Source: Myxococcales bacterium (lineage in GTDB: Bacteria > Myxococcota_A > UBA9042 > JABWCM01 > BTVJ01). Taken from it: a stretch of 64,000 nucleotides of DNA. Positions 28,701 to 34,281 of this stretch are shown in pieces (position 1 is the first letter of the stretch; every line of letters starts with the position of its first letter). The DNA lies in NCBI GenBank assembly GCA_045863395.1, contig BTVJ01000033.1, positions 19,552 to 83,551 on the forward strand. The letters are read 5' to 3'. The notes beneath the pieces were generated by a model that was given only the letters and a program-made list of their open reading frames with translations, had not been told where the DNA came from and did no database searches. Both the position numbers and the translations under genes were made by a program.

Positions 28701-29263
28701 CGGACTGGGACGGCAACGGCTGGGGCACGAACACGAGCGCGAACGGCCGGTCCTCGCACCCGCAGAACGGCCTCACCTGGCAGCAGTCGAAAGACTTCTG
28801 CGGGTGGGTCGCCTCGGGCGGTCGTCTGCCGAGCGAGGCGGAGTGGGAGTACGCGGCGACGGGGACGACGCACCGGAAGTACCCGTGGGGGAACGCGCCG
28901 GAGCCGACGTGCAGCAACGGGACGGCGGTGTTCAACGAGCTCGGCACAACGGCAGGTTACGGGTGCGGCACGGGCGGCACGTGGTCCGCAGGGAGCAAGA
29001 CGGCGGGCGCGTCCGCCCGAGGCGCCTTGGACATGGCGGGTAACCTCTGGGAGTGGGTGGAGGATTGCTGGCACGACAGCTACACTGGAGCGCCGACCAA
29101 CGGGAGCGCCTGGACGGACTCCTGCAGCGGCTCGTACCGCGTTGGTCGGGGCGGCGGCTTCAGCGACTCCGCCTCCAACCTGCGGGTCGCCCGGCGGAGC
29201 GACGTCACGCCGGGCTACCGCTACGCGAACCGGGGCGCCCGCTGCCTGAGGCCCTTCCCGTGA
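25730..29263 (+). CDS. DGR target protein (1177 aa): signal peptide, IPYRG N-domain, fibre-like VATSGxYxDLxGxP repeats, P-domain-like module, Cys-rich repeats, C-terminal FGE-sulfatase/C-type lectin domain containing the VR
   Basis: GAGGAGG RBS plus ATG 25730; GSFPMG, EQPVHTV, RLPSEAEWEYAA, DMAGNLWEWV, RGGGF...R...GARC; 3' end matches the TR. Confidence 0.9.
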   Translation: MGSDGTGLRGVVARVARLGGAAVVVCTLWAAALAEAAPGAIPYRGELTYADGTPFDGTVEVKAALYASETGGTAVWGPATWPSVSVNGGTLEVVLGDAPSPALDGSELPPDGLWLELWVDGVKLEPRQRVLSTAYSLRSGDAERLGGEEASAYATHESVEAAGYLRSSDVSSVALTGAYGDLSGTPSLSVYAQKSELAAVATSGAYADLTGAPSLGAYALVSEVAPVCWSGSYADLANTPDLSVFVLVTDLHPIAQSGAWSDLEGAPDAAAFLRADGTTPLGGPWDAGGQPVSNLVVGSSASPPSGVAGQLWWDGAAGVLKIHDGSSWLPVSGEAGGGGVATALQCSGCVDEVALSFALSAVAKSGSYGDLSGAPALAAVATSGQYADLSGAPSLDAYAMKSSLSAVATSGKYGDLSGAPSLADYAKKAELSAVASTGAYTDLSGTPNLGGYALISDVAPVCWSGSYAELSNTPDLSSFVHLADLHPIAQSGSYADLAGKPDLGAYLRADGTVKPVAPLDLSQQPLLNVVVHNAAVAPGSPKPGQLWYDTTSSSLRVWTGLSWVATGGAAVLPVDGLDQVSNGVLTTKFESSAWSSGVPAEVKDYWPAGTSVSLTVNDPGALLWLKVHVKVTHPSATDLRVVLTPPSGGPIVLHDRTAGQAGGLDGEWPPLVPASGDLTSLLGTDPSGVWSVHVEDQVFSGGVGGTIAKLGVSYGILRGTQVAVKGDQIVEGALTVGGVDVGAELASLKAEVWCLKECDEAKKGDCRKYACDGASQACLDAGGQPDGAACWGGAGVCFGSACCVPGTCATLGAGCGLVADGCGGVIACGECVAGQVCHQSQCCAPATCDGLGKECGTWGDGCGGVVECGGCTGDYACGPSGACDAWLGTCGGVSCPSLSGYTATCNPQSHCEYVRSAPTAPWHTWDVWIYVPPGSFPMGCPGGSETCGGSSEQPVHTVTFATGYLIAKHEIVVTQYEACQSAGTCSAASTADWDGNGWGTNTSANGRSSHPQNGLTWQQSKDFCGWVASGGRLPSEAEWEYAATGTTHRKYPWGNAPEPTCSNGTAVFNELGTTAGYGCGTGGTWSAGSKTAGASARGALDMAGNLWEWVEDCWHDSYTGAPTNGSAWTDSCSGSYRVGRGGGFSDSASNLRVARRSDVTPGYRYANRGARCLRPFP
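29121..29250 (+). repeat. DGR variable repeat (VR)
   Basis: Ungapped 130-bp match to 32989-33118 with 13 mismatches, all opposite TR adenines. Confidence 0.96.
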
Positions 29264-29331
29264 CCCCTTTTTCCTTTTCCCTCTTGCGCGAAGCGCCCAG
29301 ATATGCGAAGCGCGGACCTGCGACCCGAGGA

Positions 29332-29410
29332 GCCGGGGCAGGGTCGCGTCCAGGGGGCGCGAGGTGCGAGCGAAGCGAGCCGCGCCCCCAGGACGCGACC
29401 CTGCCCCGGC
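29332..29410. other. Long inverted repeat (hairpin/cruciform) downstream of the VR
   Basis: GCCGGGGCAGGGTCGCGTCC (29332-29351) is the perfect reverse complement of 29391-29410; an inner 9-bp stem follows an A/A mismatch; 19-nt loop. Confidence 0.8.
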
Positions 29411-29513
29411 CGTCGACGGAGCCACGGGCGCCCACCAGTCGAGCGGGCGGGCCCGCGAGTCTGGTGGGGCGCGGATATATGGCCATTTCCCGTGAGCGGG
29501 GAGCAGGCGCCCG

Positions 29514-30212
29514 ATGACGGAGGTGACCATCCTGACCCTCCCGTTCGATCCGCTTCTCGACGGGTTCCCGTCGGAGCGGATCCGGGACTACCTGCACGGG
29601 CGCGAGGTGGTGCACCTGAGCACCTTCCCGTTCGTCCACGAGGGGCGCCCCTACTGGTCGCTGTGCCTGTCGACGCGGCGGCACGTGGACGCCCCCGCCG
29701 CGGACTCCGCGGCCCCCGACGACGCGGCGCCCGTCCCCGAGGCGGTGCGCAAGGCGCTGGCCAAGGAGCTGCTCTCGGGGCTGGGCGAGCACGAGCGGGC
29801 GCTCTACGACCGGCTGCGGGGCTGGCGCCGGGACGTGGCCGCGGTGACGGGCCTCGCGCGGTTCATGGTCGCCTCGGACGCCCTGCTCATCGAGCTGGTG
29901 CGCCGGCGCCCGACCACCAAGGCGGGGCTGGCAGACATCAAGGGCCTCGGAGAGAAGAAGATCGCCGAGTACGGCGACGCGCTGCTGGAGGTGCTGCATG
30001 GAGCCGCCCGGCCTGGACCGGCGGGACGACCGGTACCTGCCCATCGTGCTCCGGTGGATGGACCTCACGACGTGGCTGCTGGAGACGACCCAGCGCTTCC
30101 CCCGCCATTGGAGGCACAGCCTGGTGAGCCGCATCGACGACGAGGCGCTCCAGGTGCTGACCCTGCTGAACGAGGCGACGTACAGGAAGCGCAAGGCGGA
30201 GACCCTGCGTGA
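29514..30212 (+). CDS. HRDC-domain protein (DGR accessory)
   Basis: LYDRLRGWRRDVA...FMVASDALLIELVRRRPTTKAGLADIKGLGEKKIAEYGDALLEVL; tail overlaps avd. Confidence 0.82.
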   Translation: MTEVTILTLPFDPLLDGFPSERIRDYLHGREVVHLSTFPFVHEGRPYWSLCLSTRRHVDAPAADSAAPDDAAPVPEAVRKALAKELLSGLGEHERALYDRLRGWRRDVAAVTGLARFMVASDALLIELVRRRPTTKAGLADIKGLGEKKIAEYGDALLEVLHGAARPGPAGRPVPAHRAPVDGPHDVAAGDDPALPPPLEAQPGEPHRRRGAPGADPAERGDVQEAQGGDPA

Positions 30213-30441
30213 GGCGAACCACGCCCTGAACCGCATCCGCGTGCTGCTGGAGGTCGCGGTGCGCATCGCGGTCCTCCCGCGCAACGCCCACGCCCACGCC
30301 CTGGTGGCGCTGGACGAGGTGGGCCGCATGCTCGGCGGGTGGATCGCGCATGCCGCCGCGCGGGAGGGGCCACGCGGCCCCGCACGACCCCCGGGCGCCA
30401 TGGAGCCCCCCGATGCGCCCACCCCGACCCGGCGTCCGTGA
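29998..30441 (+). CDS. avd: DGR accessory variability determinant (Avd-like four-helix bundle)
   Basis: TQRFPRHWRHSLVSRI...LREAN...EVGRMLGGW; stop overlaps the RT start. Confidence 0.88.
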   Translation: MEPPGLDRRDDRYLPIVLRWMDLTTWLLETTQRFPRHWRHSLVSRIDDEALQVLTLLNEATYRKRKAETLREANHALNRIRVLLEVAVRIAVLPRNAHAHALVALDEVGRMLGGWIAHAAAREGPRGPARPPGAMEPPDAPTPTRRP

Positions 30442-31454
30442 CCGCGCCGCCGTCCCGCCCCATCCCGCCCACTCCACCCGTGGAGGTCGCCTTCGGCGTC
30501 GCGGCGCTGCACCGGGCGATGACCCGGGCCCTGCGGGGCCACCGGCGGGACGGGGAGGCCGCGCGGTTCGCGGTGGCGGCGGGCCCCGAGCTGTGCGCCC
30601 TCTCCCGCGATCTGCTCGCCGGCACCTGGACCCCCGGCCCGGCGCGGGCCTTCCCCGTGCGCGATCCGAAGCCGCGCACGGTGGTGGAGCTGCCCTTCCG
30701 GGACCGCGTGGTGCACCACGCGCTGCTCGCCGCCATCGAGCCGGCCCTGGACGCGCAGCTCGACCCCTGCTCCTACGCCTGCCGCCGCGGCATGGGCGTG
30801 CACCGCGCGGCGCGCTGCGTGCAGGAGCTGATGGGCGACCACAGCCACGCCCTGAGCCTCGATGTCCAGAAGTACTTCGAGACGCTGCCGCACCTCGCAG
30901 TCACCGCGATCCTCGAAGACCTCGGCGTCCCGCCCTCCTACCGCGCCCTCTGCGCGCGCATCCTCGGCGCGGGCAACGGCTCCGGCCGCGGGATGCACAT
31001 CGGCGCGCTGACGAGCCAGCTCTTCGGCAACCTGGGGCTCCACCCGGTGGAGGTCCTGCTCCGCCGCGACTTCCCCGACACGGATCACGCCAAGTACATG
31101 GACGACCTCGTGATCCTGGGTCCCGGCAAGCGCCGGCTCTGGGAGGCCCGGGACGCGGTGGCGACCGCGCTCGCGGGGCTCGGTCTGGCGCTGCGCCCCG
31201 AGGCGACGCGCCTGGTCCCGGTGAGCGAGGGGGTCTCCTTCGTGGGGCTGCGCATCCACCGGGAGGTCATCCGGGTCCCCGCCAGGGCCCGTGTGCGGCT
31301 CGGCCGCCGCATCCGGGCAACCGCAGCGGCGTGGGCCCGGGGCGCCACCACCACGGAGCAGGCGCGGGCGTCGGTGGCGGGCTGCGTCCAGGCCGCTCGC
31401 GGTGCCCGCCTGCCGGCGCTGGACCGCTTGCCCCGAGGGTTGGCCGAGACCTGA
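30438..31454 (+). CDS. DGR reverse transcriptase
   Basis: DPKPR, PFRDRVVHHAL, SYACRRGMGVH, LDVQKYF, GMHIGALTSQLFGN (DGR-type IG..SQ), YMDD, FVG; GTG 30438 overlaps the avd TGA. Confidence 0.93.
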   Translation: MTAPPSRPIPPTPPVEVAFGVAALHRAMTRALRGHRRDGEAARFAVAAGPELCALSRDLLAGTWTPGPARAFPVRDPKPRTVVELPFRDRVVHHALLAAIEPALDAQLDPCSYACRRGMGVHRAARCVQELMGDHSHALSLDVQKYFETLPHLAVTAILEDLGVPPSYRALCARILGAGNGSGRGMHIGALTSQLFGNLGLHPVEVLLRRDFPDTDHAKYMDDLVILGPGKRRLWEARDAVATALAGLGLALRPEATRLVPVSEGVSFVGLRIHREVIRVPARARVRLGRRIRATAAAWARGATTTEQARASVAGCVQAARGARLPALDRLPRGLAET

Positions 31455-31620
31455 GCGCGACCAGACGCCCGCCCACAGCAGAGAGCAAGGCCGCGTCGCT
31501 GGCCGGGGAGCCCACCCGGCCGCGCCCGCCGGCCCGATCGGGGGCGCTGCCCTGCGGCGCCGGGGGGGGCGGTCGCCCCGGGGCGGGTCGCGCCGCTCTG
31601 CACTCCCCCGGCCGAGCCGC

Positions 31621-32574
31621 TCAGTGCAGGAGCCGCCGCAGGCGCTCGATCTCCTCGGGCGACAGCCCCCGAATCCGGTCCTCGGGCGGGATCCCCGCGA
31701 GCCTGTCCTCGGGCGGGATTCCCGCGAGCCTCTCCTGGGGCGGGATCCCCGCGAGCCTCTCCTGGGGCGGGATCCCCGCGAGCCTCTCCTGGGGCGGGAT
31801 CCCCGCGAGCCTCTCCGCGGGTGGGATTCCCGCGAGCCTCTCCTCGACGGGGAGGCGCCGGAACAGCTCGAGCTGCTCCTCGTGGGTCATCTCCAGGATC
31901 ATCTCGCGGGCGTGCTGCCTTAGTCTCTCCATGATCTGGGCTTCGCGTTGGGTCATGGGTGCCTCCTCTGCGGGGCGCGAGAGCCCCCGGATGATGTCGA
32001 CAATGTAGCACATCAGCTCCGACTCGACGACGCGGCCTCCGCGAGGCGAGCGGTGCTTCAGGCGAAACAGGTCCATGAGCGGGTCCGTGTCGCCGAGGAC
32101 CTCGGTCTCGAAGACGAAGCAGGGGAAGGGGAGGCCGGCGACGCGGTGGACGCCGGGGCCCTCGGGAACAATGGCCCCCCCCATGCGCTGTACGTCGGTG
32201 CGAAACGCGTCCGTGAGGGCCGGCGCGCAGACATGCAGCCGCACGTCCTCGTGGGGCACGTCGGCCAGCTCCCCTCCGAGGGCGAGCACGGCGCAGCCGA
32301 CGAGGTGGTGCAGCTCTCCCAGGCCCAGGGAGTCGCCCGGGCCCTTGAGCTCGAAGAGGGTGCAGGGAGAGAGGCGCGAGAGCATCTCCGCGAAGTGAGG
32401 CGCCGGCCTGGTCGCGGGCGCGCCGCGTAGAATCACCGCGTCGATGCGCAGCGGGAGGTGACCGACGGCCACCTCGCGCCGCAGCTCTCCGTCGATGAGG
32501 TGGCCGAGGACCTCGTAGAAGAGGAAGTGCCACGGGGTTCGTCTCCGCCCCGCGCGTCGCCTTCGCCGTGCCAT
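31621..32574 (-). CDS. Rpn-like/PD-(D/E)xK-type protein with C-terminal LAGIPPxER repeats
   Basis: TPWH, REVAVGHLPLRIDAVIL, LFELKGPGD nuclease-like pattern; 9-aa tandem repeats; start uncertain. Confidence 0.65.
   Translation of the reverse strand: MARRRRRAGRRRTPWHFLFYEVLGHLIDGELRREVAVGHLPLRIDAVILRGAPATRPAPHFAEMLSRLSPCTLFELKGPGDSLGLGELHHLVGCAVLALGGELADVPHEDVRLHVCAPALTDAFRTDVQRMGGAIVPEGPGVHRVAGLPFPCFVFETEVLGDTDPLMDLFRLKHRSPRGGRVVESELMCYIVDIIRGLSRPAEEAPMTQREAQIMERLRQHAREMILEMTHEEQLELFRRLPVEERLAGIPPAERLAGIPPQERLAGIPPQERLAGIPPQERLAGIPPEDRLAGIPPEDRIRGLSPEEIERLRRLLH
31681..31842. repeat. 27-bp tandem repeat, 6 copies, coding (ERLAGIPPQ)
   Basis: CTGGGGCGGGATCCCCGCGAGCCTCTC-type units with no spacers. 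Confidence 0.9.
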
Positions 32575-32804
32575 GGGTGCTCCGTCATGTGGCTGGTCTT
32601 CGGGCGCCCGGTCGTGCGGCGGCCGGACGGCGCACCCCTTCGTCTTCTCGTGCCGCCGCGTTGCGCGGAGAGCGCGCGGCGGCGCAAGGCCGCGGCCACA
32701 CTGCGCTTCCCCTTGCGGAGGGCGCGCCGGACGCCCCGCGAGGCGACCCAAAGGTGGCCGCGCCGGACGCCATCCCCCGGCGCGCGCGTGCAGGATCCCG
32801 GCAT

Positions 32805-32922
32805 AGTCGCCGGGACCAAACTTCAGGCGTCGGACTACAGGCTTCAGGCACGTGCAAGGCTGCGATTTCCCGTAGCCTGAAGTTTGAAGCCCGTTGCCGG
32901 CTGAGGACTTTGTCCGGGGCCC
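32805..32922. repeat. ~118-bp hairpin-forming repeat, copy 1 (upstream of the TR)
   Basis: About 16 mismatches to 33446-33563; CAAACTTCAGGC (32817-32828) pairs with GCCTGAAGTTTG (32875-32886). Confidence 0.85.
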
Positions 32923-32988
32923 GGCGCGCGTGTGCCTCGGCCCTTCACGGGCACCGCGCCACGCGGTAGAGTCTCGGCCGGAGACGGG

Positions 32989-33118
32989 CCAGCAGCGGCT
33001 CGAACCGCGTTGATCGGGGCGGCAGCTTCAACAACTCCGCCTCCAACCTGCGGGTCGCCCAGCGGAACAACGACACGCCGGGCAACCGCAACGCGAACCA
33101 GGGCGCCCGCTGCCTGAG
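32989..33118 (+). ncRNA. DGR template repeat (TR)
   Basis: Adenine-rich copy of the VR; 27 A, 9 AAC codons in the VR frame; followed by GC-rich stem-loops. Confidence 0.93.
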
Positions 33119-33445
33119 CCCACGGGTTCCGCCCGCCGCCGTCCGGCCACGGCCGGCCGGCCCGCGCACAGGCCGTGGCCATGGGCCCGCGCTCCAGACC
33201 CCGGCGGCGGAGCGGCTCCGCCGCCGGGGCGAACCCCAGATGCGCAGGACACACCGGCCCCTGCCGAGAGTGAGTGGTCTCGGCGACCGCCCGCGGCCGG
33301 CCTCGACCCGGGCAATCAGGCACGTGCGCAGACACTCTGGGCGATGGCGGAGACGCACGGGCGGGCGTCCGTGGGGAGGTGGAGGGGCGGTCACGGCCCC
33401 ATCGGCGCGACCTCGGGGACCGTCGTCTCAGCCCTCCAGGGTCCC

Positions 33446-33563
33446 AGTCGCCGGGGCCAGACTTCAGGCGTCGGGCTACAGGCTTCAGGCACGTGCAAGG
33501 CGGCGGTCTCCCGGCGCCTGGAGTCTGGAGCCCGCAGCCGGCCGAGGACTTCGTCCGAGGCCC
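33446..33563. repeat. ~118-bp hairpin-forming repeat, copy 2 (downstream of the TR)
   Basis: Direct repeat of 32805-32922 at 641-bp offset; stem CAGACTTCAGGC/GCCTGGAGTCTG. Confidence 0.85.
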
Positions 33564-33649
33564 TGCTCAGCCCTCAGACAGCCGTTGCGCACTGCGCAGC
33601 GACGTGCTACACCGGAAGTCCACGGCTCTCGGCGAGCGGAGGTCGCGGA

Positions 33650-34204
33650 ATGGTCACGGTCGGGCGGGCATGGGCGCTGGCGTTCGCGCTGGCGGGGCAA
33701 GCGTGCGTCAGCAGCAGCGGGTTCCAGGCCGGGGAGTCGGACAGCGTCGAGGATGGGGCCGGCATCGACCCCGCCGACACCGGCCCGGGCAAGGACGTGG
33801 TGGTCTCTCCCGACGCCGCCGGAGACGCGGGCGCGACGCTGGACGGGGGTCCACTCATGGACGTCTGGGGCAAGGACGCCGGTGTCGACTCCTCGGTCGC
33901 GGACACCGGGCAGGACGCCGGCGGCGCACCCGTCGATGGGGCCAGCGACGGCCAGAGCACCGACGGCGGCGGCGAGGACGCTGGAAGCAAGGACATCGGG
34001 AGCACGGACGGCGCCGCGGACACCGGCGCCCCCGATGGGGGGGCCGACGCGGGCTCGGGCTCCGCCGCGGCGGTCGCGCTGACCCCCGTGACGGTCGTCG
34101 GAGAGTCCACCGGCGGTGGGTTCGTGCTGCGCGCTCGGACGAGCGCCCCCGGCGTCGTGGGCGAGTCCATGGGCGGCGGGCTCAGGCTCCGCGCGCGCCC
34201 ATGA
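33650..34204 (+). CDS. Putative lipoprotein with an Asp/Gly-rich linker and a duplicated C-terminal VVGESxGGGxxLRAR motif
   Basis: GGAGG RBS; hydrophobic leader ending LAGQAC; acidic low-complexity middle. Confidence 0.65.
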   Translation: MVTVGRAWALAFALAGQACVSSSGFQAGESDSVEDGAGIDPADTGPGKDVVVSPDAAGDAGATLDGGPLMDVWGKDAGVDSSVADTGQDAGGAPVDGASDGQSTDGGGEDAGSKDIGSTDGAADTGAPDGGADAGSGSAAAVALTPVTVVGESTGGGFVLRARTSAPGVVGESMGGGLRLRARP

Positions 34205-34281
34205 GGCTCCCCGGTCCCCTGGGCGCGGCGTGATGGCGCACCGCACGATCCCCGTCGGACTCGACAGGAGAGAGCACCTCC

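Larger units (their letters stand above)
25730..33240 (+). mobile_element. Diversity-generating retroelement: target(VR)-hairpin-HRDC-avd-RT-[antisense Rpn-like gene]-TR
   Basis: All core parts present, with adenine-specific TR/VR divergence. Confidence 0.93.

Noticed and set aside
28510..29263. FGE domain as a true formylglycine-generating enzyme for the sulfatase at 60578-62626
   Set aside because: Lacks the catalytic Cys pair after RGG (that region is the VR), and the sulfatase-like protein has no C/SxPxR motif
30438..31454. RT as a group II intron, retron or Abi RT
   Set aside because: Has IG..SQ rather than PQG, no maturase/endonuclease extension, is coupled to avd, and a TR/VR pair is present
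31681..31842. 27-bp repeats as a CRISPR array
   Set aside because: Head-to-tail with no spacers, in-frame coding repeats, and no cas genes
32805..33563. The 118-bp repeats as another TR/VR pair
   Set aside because: Mismatches include many T and G positions, so they are not adenine-specific, and neither copy ends a credible gene
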